A stretch of 64,000 nt of DNA, taken from assembly GCA_951406725.2 (NCBI GenBank), contig OX597838.1, forward strand, positions 27,652,001-27,716,000, written 5' to 3'. The position numbers were made by a program, and so were the translations under genes. Of this stretch, positions 25,903 through 37,825 are shown one piece after another; position 1 is the stretch's first letter, and each line of letters starts with the position of its first letter. Source of the stretch: Octopus vulgaris. Taxonomy: Eukaryota. The notes beneath the pieces were generated by a model. The model searched no databases. It saw only the letters and a list, made by a program, of their open reading frames with translations, and was not told where the DNA came from.

Positions 25903-26055
25903 ATTTGTCCCTGTAATTTAGCAGTTCGGCAAAAGAGACTGATAGAATAAGTACTAGGCTTACAAAGAATAAGTCCTGGGGTTGATTTGTTCAACTAAAA
26001 GGCAGTGCTCCAGCATGGCCGCTGTCAGATGACTGAAACAATAACAGAATAAAGA
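25680..26055 (+). mobile_element. SINE family A copy with internal deletion
   Basis: Collinear with 28784-29192 but lacks the segment that follows the microsatellite. Confidence 0.82.
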
Positions 26056-26274
26056 TATTTTCTCCCTCTACAAATGATGTATAAAAAAAACAAACTTTGA
26101 GATCATCTTATATATTGATCTACCTAAACATGTTAATAATAAATCATACTTAATGGGACACTGATAAATTATTTGATACAAGGATATTCGATATCCTTGT
26201 AGTTTATTATTTTTCTCAAAAAATAGTGGTTGTTCTGAGGATAAGTTTTTTATAGGTTTGACAGTATTAACATA

Positions 26275-26415
26275 TAAGGTTGTCCCAAAAGTTCGTAGAA
26301 AGTCTTGGAAAATAATGGTCTTTATTTTGAGGAATAATTTTTGTTGTTTTTGTTAGTACTTGGCGAGTAAAAATTCAATTTTCGCAAGTGTTTACGAATT
26401 TTTGGGACAACCTAA
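26275..26415. mobile_element. Tc1/mariner-type MITE
   Basis: TIRs TAAGGTTGTCCCAAAAGTTCGTA and TACGAATTTTTGGGACAACCTAA, with TA on both sides (26273-26274 and 26416-26417). 141 bp. Confidence 0.82.
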
Positions 26416-28543
26416 TATTTAATGCATGTGGCACTAAAACACTAACTGTAACCAAAAATGCAATGAGGAAGAAAATAATTGTTAAAGAATAATGCTATTT
26501 TTTTTCACTTTCTAATCAATCATGGGAGATAAGACTGGACAGGTTTCCATCTGGTTCTAACCTCCTCAGCAAAGCATAGCCTTCAGCATACTTGCTAAAG
26601 TAGTGATAAAGGAGCCACTAAGTCAATAGACTCAATGATGCATGTATTTACATCCGGGAAACGGAATTGTTTACAGATTTTTAATAATTCAGCTGATATC
26701 TTGTATAATGCCGCACTGCAAAAAAACCGCATTATTAATTAATTATTGCATATCTGATACTTTGTTTTCTTTTTTTTTTTCAAAAGAATGTGGGTTGTGT
26801 TGCAAAAACAGTGGAGGGCCAAGCTATAAAATACCATCCTGTATTCTGTTTCGACTCTGATTCATCTGAGTTCAAATGTTGATAAAAACCAACGAAATGC
26901 TAGAGGGTCGAACAAAAAATAGTGTCCTGTAATCATATATTTGGACTTTTCACTCTCAAGTTCAAATACTGACAAAGTCAGGTCATTGAAACAATCAACC
27001 GCAACGTCTTTGGGCTGATAATATCAATGTGTCGTCCTTATACAATTTAGTTTTGTGATAGGTGCAGGCATGGTTTTGTAGAAATAACTTTGTTTCCCAG
27101 TCACATTGTTTTGGGTTCAATCCCACTCAGTGGCACCTTGGGTAACTATCTTCTACTATCTTCTAACCCTGTTTGACTCGAGTCTTATGATTGGATTTGG
27201 CAGGTGGAAACTGAAAGAAGCCTGTCGTGTTTGTGAGTGTGTGTGCGCATGTTTAAAAAAAAAAATGTAAAGTTACCTTCTCAAGTCATGCTGACTCATA
27301 AGGACTGGTTTCCGTGGCGTATAAATTCCCCTCCTGGATGGTTTGCCAGTCCATCGCAGGATTGCTCATTTTGCCAGTTATGGGGACTGGATCAACGTGA
27401 AATGAAGTGTCTTGCTCAAGAACACATTGCATTGCCTGGACCACAAATCAATACCACAATCTTGGGTGGCACGTAAAAAGCACCCACTACACTCACGGAG
27501 TGGTTGGCGTTAGGAAGGGCATCCAGCCGTAGAAACACTGCCAGATTTGACTGGGCCTGATGAAGCCTTCTGGCTTCACAGACCCCAGTAGAACTGTCCA
27601 AGCCATGCTAGCATGGAAAACGGACGCTAAACGATGATGATGATGATGATTGCTTTGAATTAATCTGGCACTAATCTCGTAGCTTTGAGATTTTGAGGAT
27701 GAGATGATTTTCTTTTTGATTTTTTTTTTTAAGAAGGACATTGTAGGTTAGGTGTGAGAGGCCGGATCTGGCCCAAGCAGGTGGAATATTTGGGCCAGAT
27801 GTGCCCAATTTAGATGCTAAATGGTTAAGGGTTCATCTTAGAAATTTGCTTCTATCCACAAACACACACACACACTCACCAAATGTCAGGTAAACTACTT
27901 AAATATGTAGAATCAGAGACAAAACCAACTGTTTCATTATCCTGTGAGATTCTTTAAACTAAGTATTGAACAATTTAAAGATCTTCCATGGGAATTTTAA
28001 GTTGATTGATAAAATTTTAACTTCTTTAGATATTTTCGTTTTTGGTGATTTTTGTGTGCAATTTTTATGTAGTCCCTACCCCACCCTCATTTTTTTTTTC
28101 TTTGCCTTTATCATTTATTATTTTTTATCACCTTTTTGTGTGGGGTAGGGATTGGCGGTGAGGTTCCGTCTTCATGAAAGCAAAAGAAGTAAAAAAAAAA
28201 AGTGTAAGAGCAGCAGAGAAAAAAAACACACACACACAAAAAAAAAATTAATCATTAAACAACGAGTTTGAGTATGGAAGTATGGAAGTTCGGTAGAATG
28301 AAATTTGCTCGAAGCAAATATTTTTATCTGTTAACATTTCAAATTAAGCAGAGGGGAAAAACAAATTGATTTTCCTTCTTTGCCTCCATTCCCTCTCTCT
28401 TATTTTCTTTTTTCGCATTTTCTGGTATTTTAAAAAAAAAAAATTTGTAGGCTCTAATTATCAATTTTCACTTATAGTCTTTATACATTTGGTTATGTGA
28501 GAGGCTTAGCAATTCAGAGACATAAACAATTAGACAATAGGAA

Positions 28544-28599
<56 letters not shown>

Positions 28600-28694
28600 A
28601 AAGGGAAAGTTTACGAAAATAAACAAAAGACAAAGGCTGGTGGAGTACAAACAAACAAATGTATTATTAGTATAGCGCTCAGGAATAGAAAAAG

Positions 28695-28732
28695 TCTTTT
28701 ACGTTTCGAGCCTACACTCTTCGACAGAAAGA
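28695..28732 (-). ncRNA. Minimal hammerhead-like motif with variant core (CUGUCGA)
   Basis: Minus strand TCTTT-CTGTCGA-A-GAGT-gtag-GCTC-GAAACGTA-AAAGA. Stem I is 5 bp, stem II is 4 bp, and stem III is the palindromic ACGT. It lies in a ~170-nt unique insert (~28600-28765) between microsatellites. Confidence 0.6.
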
Positions 28733-28783
28733 TACACAGAAAAAAACAAGGAGAGAAACAAGGAATATATATATATATATATA

Positions 28784-28954
28784 GGCGCAGGAGTGGCTGT
28801 GTGGTAAGTAGCTTGCTAACCAAGCACATGGTTCCGGGTTCAGTCCCACTGCGTGGCATCTTGGGCAAGTGTCTTCTGCTATAGCCCCGGGCCAACCAAT
28901 GCCTTGTGAGTGGATTTGGTAGACGGAAACTGAAAGAAGCCTGTCGTATATATG

Positions 28955-28985
<31 letters not shown>

Positions 28986-29192
28986 GTGTCTGTGTTTGTC
29001 CCCCTAGCATTGCTTGACAACCGATGCTGGTGTGTTTATGTCCCCGTCACTTAGCGGTTCGGCAAAAGAGACTGATAGAATAAGTACTGGGCTTACAAAG
29101 AATAAGTCCTGGGGTCGATTTGCTCGACTAAAGGCGGTGCTCCAGCATGGCCGCAGTCAAAATGACTGAAACAAGTAAAAGAGTAAAAGAGT
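28784..29192 (+). mobile_element. tRNA-derived SINE family A (with internal microsatellite), full length
   Basis: Head ggcgcaggagtggctgtgtggtaag...ggttcagtccc with A/B-box-like motifs, CORE-like cttgggcaagt, internal (TA)n(TG)n and an (AGTAAAAG)n tail. Many near-identical copies in the window. Confidence 0.88.
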
Positions 29193-29193
29193 A

Positions 29194-29226
<33 letters not shown>

Positions 29227-29368
29227 CATACATACATACATATATCTATGAATGCTTGTTTGTTTTTATGTAAAGTTACATATAAAAACAATTTAACATT
29301 ACATTGAAGAATTGTTCAATACTTTTTAGTAAAGTACATTTAGCAAGCTTTTATGAGGAGAATGTTGA

Positions 29369-29410
29369 CAGTAACTTTGAAGTTTCGGCTTGCTCGTCTT
29401 CATCAGATTG
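29369..29410 (-). ncRNA. Minimal hammerhead ribozyme motif
   Basis: Minus strand CAAT-CTGATGA-A-GAC-gagcaa-GCC-GAA-ACTT-ca-AAGT-T-ACTG. The core is intact, with single mismatches in stems I and II. Confidence 0.62.
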
Positions 29411-30420
29411 TATTATACATGTGTGGTGTGGTGTGGTGTGATCTGTGAGTATACGTGCTGTAAAGGTGAATGGAACTGAGAAGTCCTACCATGTGCAAGC
29501 AATGTTGGACTGAGCAAAACTGTAAAGTCAGAGCAATCCGTGCAATAAGCACAACAGGATGATGATGGTAGCTGAATGGTTAAGAAGTTCGTTTTGCAAT
29601 CTTGATGTCCCAGGTTCTAGCCCCCTGTGTGGCATCTTTGGAAAAAGCCTTTTTCAGTAGCCCTCGAGTCGACCCATACTTTGTGAGTGAAAGTGCTTTT
29701 ACTAATGTCCCCATTGGTGGTTGACGTTGCCGATGTTATTGGTTGGCCACAACCCCAGACAGAAGTGTCGCTGTTTTTTGGTGATAGGGGTGGGATTTGA
29801 ACTCAGAACATGCGGAGCTGGAGCAGACATCACAAGGCAGCCTGTCTGACACACTAACAATTCTGACTCTCCGTTTTCATGGACTGTTGCATTTTTTGTT
29901 AACGATCCCAAAAGCATGAAAGACAAAATTGACCCCGATTGGATTTGATCTCAGTACACAAGGAGTCAGAGCAACTACTGCAGGCATTCCATTCAACATG
30001 CTAACAACTTTACCAATTAATGTTTTTTTCTTTCATTTTTTTGATATAATCAAATAATTATTAAATGTTTGTCTCGGAATATAATACTGAATATCAAATT
30101 ATAAATACTAAGTTTTTTGGGTTTTTTTGGTGTTTTTCTTAAAATATCCTTAAATTAAATTATGTGCATTTTTGTTGGTGGCGGGGAATTTAACGCTGTC
30201 ATTAATTACGTTATTCTAATTAAAATGTCTGTGTTTAAACTTACATCATTTAAACGAATATAAATTTGTCTATATATTTGTGCACAGTTTAATTGTATGT
30301 TATTGACGAAACAAAAATAATTAATTCTCTCTTCACTATGCTCTCATCTTTCAACTTGCTCCACTCTGTATATAGAGTATATCATATGTATCCCTATATA
30401 TATATATATATATGTGTGTG

Positions 30421-30464
<44 letters not shown>

Positions 30465-31859
30465 CATACACACACAAATTTATGTGAATGTATATATACA
30501 TACACACACACACACACGTGCGCGTATATTATATATACGTGTATACAAACATACATTTGCACTAACACACACACACACATACACTCTATCCCTCTCTTTC
30601 TCTCTCTCCAATAATTACATCCACATCATCTCAGCAACACTGACCCTCTTCTCCCCCCCCTCTCTCTCTCTCTCTCCCTCTCCTTTATTAGCCCCCATCA
30701 TTTTACAATCTCCTTATATTTTTTTTTTATTTTTTCCTGCTGTTTGCCATTTTTTTTTAATATCTCTTTTTCACAAACTGCTCTCCAGGAAAAATCAGAC
30801 TTGGTAAGCCACTCTTTAATTCCGTTTCTTTTAATGTATTCAACATGTGTTTGCTTCTTCTTCTTCTTCTTCTTCTCCTCCTCCTCCTTCTTCTCATTCT
30901 TTCTTTCTTTCTTCCTGATCTTGATCGTGTCTTTTGCTTCTTGGAATTTGGAAAAACTCAACCAGTATTTGTTTGAGGCTGGTCTGAAGTAGATTGCACT
31001 TGTTCCAGTAACCGGTCATTTCCGTCCGTTTGTTTTGTTTTGTTTTTGATAAGTCATGATGTGTGTTTGTATGTTTTTCTTTTGTAAACCATTAACCACT
31101 GGTGTTAATTAATTAATTAGTGCTCTTCATACTCTAATACTTTGTGGTCAGTTTATTGGATAGTATTTTGGCCACCCCCTAATAAAACTGCCCTTCGTCT
31201 AATAACAGCTTCCATTACATTCAAAAACAGAGTCTGAGTGTATGCGTGTGTGTATATACAGTGTGTACACACACACACATACTTACGTACACACACATAC
31301 ACACAAACAATCATACAACACACATGCATGTACATACACACATACTGAAAACTATGTCTTCAGCATCTTGCTGTTTAACATGCAAATATTTGTCCCCTTA
31401 ACTTAACCCTAGCTGTCCCTTCTTGGTGGCATGTACCATGCTTTCACTAGTTTTTTTAGGGGCCTGTGTAGTCACAAGCAAACACAGATAACCCCATCCT
31501 CTCACGGCTTTCCTACCCTTGACAGCAAACCATGAAGATAAAAATGAAATCTTGTTCTGACAATGTTACAATGCAAAACTGTGTGCACAACTGTCGAGAA
31601 CCCAGTTTTTCCACTGTTGTTGCTTTTGTTATTATAATTACTCCATGTTCTGGATTAATTACCATAGAAACCATAGCCATTGCTGGTGAACAGATATGAC
31701 TTGGGAGAATGTATCATGGTTTTGCTGATTGTTTTAAGGGGTCTATGTAATTATACAATCCTAAATAGACAAAGACATGCTCTCAGCTTCCTATCCTTCG
31801 TGCAACAGAATATCAACGATATAACATTTTATTTATATATAGAGGGTAAAGATACACCC

Positions 31860-32190
31860 TGCCCAGTCATGAATGACCATGGGGACATACCTAGAAAGTT
31901 CCCCTCTGAGGCACAAGTCTAGGCAAGATTGTTTATGGAAGACCAGCAGTCGCCTTTGCATACCAGCCTCCTCTTCTGTCCATGCCACTAATGTTATTGA
32001 AGGGAAAAGCAAAGGGACCAATACAGCTTGGCACCAGTAACATCACAGCTCATTTCTACAGCTGAGTGACCTGGAGCAACGTGAAATAAAGTGTCTTGCT
32101 CAAGAACACAACACACAGACTGGTCTGGGAATCAAACTCACTACCTCGTGACTGTGAGCCTGACACTCTAACCACTACGCCATGTGCCTT
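31860..32190 (-). mobile_element. tRNA/CORE-type SINE family D copy
   Basis: Collinear with 2640-2975. Confidence 0.8.
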
Positions 32191-34357
32191 CACACACACA
32201 CACACACACATACATACATACATACATAAAAGACAGTGCAGTATGTTGTGAAGGAGATTTGACTGTTGTTTCTAGGCCTTTGCACCCATAAGCAGATACA
32301 GAAATGCTCTCAGCCTTGGCCCAATAGAATATTGAAGATGTGACATCTGGTGAGGGGCTGGGGTTAGGTCTGCTCTAGTACTCAGTAGATTGTAGCAACA
32401 TGAAATGAACTGCTTTGCTCAAGGCCACAACATACCACCCAATCCTACTGATCAGGAACCTAACACGCTAATCCCTAGGCTATGCACCTGTTCCCTTGTT
32501 GAGTGCAAAGTTGATATTTAAAACAACTTGACGTATAGGCTTAGGCATGGCTGTATGCTGAAGAAGGTTACTCCACAGCCCCAGGATTTCAGGATCAATT
32601 TCACTGCATGGCATCTTGGGCCAATAACTTCTCATTTAACCTCAGCCTAGTGAGTGAAATTTGGTGAATGGAAACTGTGCAGAAACCTGTCATATCTTAT
32701 ATGTGTGTGCGATAGAAATCATATCTATACACATGAGTGTTTGATAGAGATCAATAAAATAAGAACCAGGATGGCTATGATTGACCAATACAGTTCAATA
32801 TCGTGCTTCAGCATGGCCACAGTCGAATTTACTAACACCTGTAAAAGTCTAACAAAATGCCTGCATTTGTATTGGTCATATTTTGATAGGGTCTGGGGAC
32901 CTGTAAAAGGCTACTAAATAAGCCCTTAGTCCATAATTCCATTACACATACACACACACACACTAGCTGAGCTGCCCGCCCTCCCTCCCCCTCTCTTTCT
33001 GTCTCTCTCTCTCTCTCTCTCCCCTTTTTCTTTTCTCCTTTACAAGAACTCGTTATCAGGATCAAAGTCATCTCTATTCTGTACTCCTCAATTCATTACA
33101 AAAACTACCTTTACCCCCACCCCCATTATAACACCACCACACATTAACAAACAACCCTCTTCTCATTAATATAATAACTCATCAGGAGGTTTTTTTTGTT
33201 GCTGCTGCTGCTGTTGTTGTTGTTGTCTTTTTTGAAACAGTAGGAAACATTAACAATGCCTGCCATTAAATATAGCATGGATATCTTGCTTTTATTCCAA
33301 ATTCTCCTCATTGTTGATGTTGTTGTTATTATCATCGTCATCATCATTATTATTATTATTATTATTATTAATTTCACCCTCATCTCCACTGAATGCCTCT
33401 TCTTTGCATGACTGTTGTTTGTAACTGCTAGATCTGTAGTGTTTGTAACATTTCTTAGTTGTAACCTAGTATGAATGCCATTCCTTTCCCATTCCTCTTG
33501 AAGGAACCATAATGTTTTTTTTTGTGTGTATTGTCTTACATGTTTCAGCCCCTAAGGCTGTGGCACGGCCAGTGACCCCGTGAGTTGTTTTTAATTGGCA
33601 CCTATCAAACTGACTGCTCAGTTTGATAAATGCCATGCATGAAACTCTCAGCTCTCGAGTAACTTTTTGTGACTTTCTGCCAATTTAAAAATAATCAAAA
33701 AAAAGTTAAGACGGCTACAGCTAGAATGCCCTTAATTGCAGGTCTGTTAAATCAGGGTTGCTCCAGGGTTAACATATCTGGATTAATGGTTACAGATGTT
33801 GAAGGGCATAAGCTTGAAACATCAATGACTTTTCCATTGTTCTCAAGCGTCAAACTAATACACCTGCTTGTTGTTCTCTCAACTGTCTCTGTCTTTTGTT
33901 TTCTGTACGTTTGAACAAGAATAACCCTTTGGTGAAGTCAAGTGAAGAAAGTTGGTTCCAAGGAACACCTCAACAATGTGCTGGGAGTCCTGGATTATAT
34001 CAGGGTCTTTTAGCATCAGATCCCCTTTTCCTTCCCAGTTGACCCCTGTTGGGTTGTCCAAGCCCCAGCTTACAGCACCAATGGGTCTGCTTTTCCTTAT
34101 ATATATATATATATATATATAGGTAAGAAAGTTGGTATATATATATATATATATAAAGAGTTATTGATGTTCAACATTAACTGAATGGAAGAAGGGGTGA
34201 CTGCTGCAGAATAAAGAATTCCCATGGTGGGGCTGGGTATATATTCCATTTGAAGAAATAACCCCCAGAAGTCACCACTTACTTTTGTCGATAACCTCTC
34301 TCTCTCTCTTTCATTTCTATGGAACTTCTTTCACAACTTCAGCAGCTGAATAACTGG

Positions 34358-34397
<40 letters not shown>

Positions 34398-34618
34398 TAT
34401 TAGGGTGGTAAGCTGGCAGAATTGTTAGCATGCTGGGCAAACTGCTTAGCAGCATTTTGTCTGTCTTTACATTCTGAGTTCAAATTCCACCGAGGTCAAC
34501 TTTGCCTTTCATCCTTTCAGGGGGTTGATAAAATAAGTACCAGTTGAGCACTGGGGTTAATGTAATTGACTTACCCCCCCAACCCTAAAATTGCAGGCCT
34601 TGTGCTAAAATTTGAAGC

Positions 34619-34658
<40 letters not shown>

Positions 34659-34711
34659 GCCCTGGTGGCAAATAAAAGAAATCAACATCATCATTATTAT
34701 TATTATTCCTT

Positions 34712-34850
34712 TTAAGTAAGGTTTTGTTGAAACTCCTGGGGTCTTGTATCCATGGTGTCACTTGCTGCCTACGGTACCATGTTACGTGTTCTTTTCAACT
34801 ATCTCATATTTTCCTGATTATTCTGGCTGTGTCAAAGGAGGAAACCTTTT
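34712..34850 (-). mobile_element. Degenerate RLE-LINE 3' fragment
   Basis: Minus strand ...DTARIIRKI* resembles the GTARIIRKVL terminus, and it lies next to (TAA)n. A similar decayed fragment lies at ~21195-21330. Confidence 0.4.
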
Positions 34851-35248
34851 ATAACAGTTCTATTGGGCACTTTATTCCAATTTACTTTATATTCCTCTTA
34901 ATGCCTTTGATATTATTATTATTATTATTATTTATTTATTTATTTTTTGTCATAATCTGTTCCATGAATTTTTTTTTTTTTTTTTAAATTCAAACTTCAA
35001 ACATTATAAATAGTTGACATTTAAACAGGTTGTTTTCAGCTTCAACCCCAATCTCCCCTAAAATAATCAACCAATACCGCGAAACAAGCTTTTTGTGTAA
35101 ACTCGAACCCTTCAAGGGTAATTTTAGTGTACCCTGCCATCCCTATATCTCACAAAATGAGTTGACCCTGACTTGTTAATAATTCTGTCTGCCCTTGTAT
35201 TTCTTGGGTAGCTTGTCCTCTTAACGGTGCTCTTTCTCAGAGATCAGC

Positions 35249-35312
<64 letters not shown>

Positions 35313-35313
35313 A

Positions 35314-35524
35314 TGGTGAGCTGGCAGAATCATTAGCACGCTGGGTAGAATACTTAATGGTATTTCATCTGGTTTAATATTCTGAGTTCAAATTCTGCAG
35401 ATGTTGACTTTGCCATTCATCCTTTCAGGGTCAATAAATTAAGTACCAGTTGAGTACTGGGGTTGATGTAATCGACTTGACCCCTCCCTGCAAAATTTCA
35501 AGCCTTGTGCCTATAGTAAAAAGG

Positions 35525-35556
<32 letters not shown>

Positions 35557-36400
35557 CATTATTAAGTTGATGTGTTGGCAGAATCATTAGTACCCTGGAC
35601 AAAATGCTTGCCAGTATTTCATCCGTCTTTGTGTTCTGAGTTCAAATTTCACCAAAGTCGACTTTGCCTTTCATCCTTTTATGGTTGATAAAATAAGTAC
35701 CAGTTGAGCACAAGGGTTGATGTAATCAACTGATCTCCCTTTTCCCCAAAATTGCTGGCCTTGCACCAAAACTCAAAACCATTATTATTATTATTATTAC
35801 TACTACTATTTATTAAGGTGGCGAGCTGGCAGAAATCGTTAGCACGCTGGACGAAATGCTTAGCGCGTCCCTATGTTCTGAGTTCAAATTCCGCTGAGGT
35901 CGACTTTGCCTTTCATCCTTTCGGGGTTGATAAATTAAGTACCAGCTGAACACTGGCGTCGATGTAATCAACTCATCCCCACGCTACCCTTGTGGCAAAA
36001 ATTTGAAATAATTATCATGAAGTGTGCAAGCTGGCAGAATCGTTAAGGCATCGGTCAAAATGCTTAGTCGCATTTCCTCTAAAATTTCTTCTTACACTGC
36101 GTTAAAATTTCTCCAATGTTGACTTTGCCTTTCATCCTCTTGGGGCCGATGAGCTACAAACCAGTTGTGCACTGGGACCTTGCCTTGTGCCTATGGTAGA
36201 AAGGATGATGATAATGAGGTTTATGGGCTGGGAGAATCGTTAATGCATCAGATAATATGCCTAGTGGTATTTCTTCTGGCTTATTACAGCCTGGGTCCAC
36301 ATTACTTGGCCTTTCTTTTGGAGTTGATAAAATAATGTACAAGTCAAGTACTGGGGTTGTTGCAATTGGCTTGCCGCCTCCCCTTCAGTTCTGTACGAGC
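35314..36400 (+). mobile_element. Cluster of 4-5 head-to-tail SINE family B copies separated by (ATT)n
   Basis: Repeated ctggcagaatc.ttag heads at ~35320, 35575, 35825, 36030 and 36227. Each follows an ATT-rich tract. Confidence 0.8.
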
Positions 36401-37415
36401 CCTGTGTATGTAAAAAAAGTGAAAAAAAGGTCTGGATAGCCAGTTCTGGAATGTTGTTGATATTACATCTATTCGGTTAAAGCTGACTTCGGGGTGGGAA
36501 AAGGGTATTAGCCACAACAATAACTCAAAGCAATATTACAGAATTATGTTTCAACATCACTTTGTTACTTAACGATCGCTATTATAAACACAGCAAATAT
36601 TTACCATTATATACATTTGCTTTATTGAATTGTGTTTGTGGAACGGTAATGGGTGCACACAGATTTTTTTTTTTTTTTCAAATTTGCGTATATAATATTA
36701 TTATAGTGTTGTGTTTGATTGAAGGTTTAACTAAAGCCAAGTTAACTGTCGAGTACAATGATCAATGCCATTAGTGTGAGAAACAATCTCGTTAATGTCT
36801 CTAACCTTTTGCTGGATTCCTGACAAGATTTCTGGTAATTTGTTCTTAATGTTTCCTATACAGCCTTTCCGAAAGAAGTAATATTGGTTTCATTATTGTT
36901 CATTATTGTTGTAGATGTTCATCGACATTGCCCGGCCTTTTATACGGCTCATTATGGATATTCATTTCGACAATTCTGTTTCATCTTCCCTTGTCTTCTA
37001 CCTCCGTCGTTCACCTTTAAATAGACATTTGCGTTTCTAAATAGATAAGCCGAGTATGTCAGATGGTCTTATCTCCTACTTTGTTCCCGGAAAATCACCA
37101 GAGAATTATCTTTTGATTATTGATTTCAAATATGATAGCTAATCACTCTTCCTTTTTCTGTTTGGTCTTAGAAGTGAGGAAAAAGAAAATAGTTCGCCAC
37201 ACACCTTGCAGGACTCTAAATGGCTGTGTAGTTAAAAAGTTTGCTTTCTGATCATGGGGTTACAAATTCCGTTCAATAATTTATAACAGAAGACACTTAG
37301 GGTGTGTTACACAGTGGCACCATAGGCAAGTGTCTTCTATAATAACTTTGATCCAATCAAAGCTTTGCATGTGGATTTAATAGATGGAAACTGAAAGAAG
37401 CCCTTCATATATATA

Positions 37416-37577
37416 GGCACAGGAGTGGCTGTGTGGTAAGTAGTTTGCTTACCAACTACATGGTTCCCGGTTCAATCTCACTGCGTGACATCTTGGGCAA
37501 ATGTCTTCTACTATAGCCTCGGGCCGACCAAAGCCTTGTGAGTGGATTTGGTAGATGGAAACTGAAAGAAGCCCGTC

Positions 37578-37619
<42 letters not shown>

Positions 37620-37825
37620 TTGTGTGCCTGTGTTTGTTCCCCTAGCACTGCTTGACAACCGATGCTGGTGTGTTTACGTCCCCGTAACTTAGCGGTTCGG
37701 CAAAAGAGACCGATAGAATAAGTACTAGGCTTACAAATAATAAGTCGCGGGGTCGATTTGCTCGACTAAAGGCGGTGCTCCAGCATGGCCGCAGTCAAAT
37801 GAGTGAGACAAGTAAAAAGGAAAGA
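37416..37825 (+). mobile_element. SINE family A copy
   Basis: Collinear with 28784-29192. 5'-truncated copies also occur at ~16877-17232 and ~38372-38670. Confidence 0.85.

Noticed and set aside
30050-31140. Clusters of TAATTA homeodomain-like sites (also 21640-21730)
   Set aside because: Expected by chance in such AT-rich DNA. Conservation or chromatin data would be needed.
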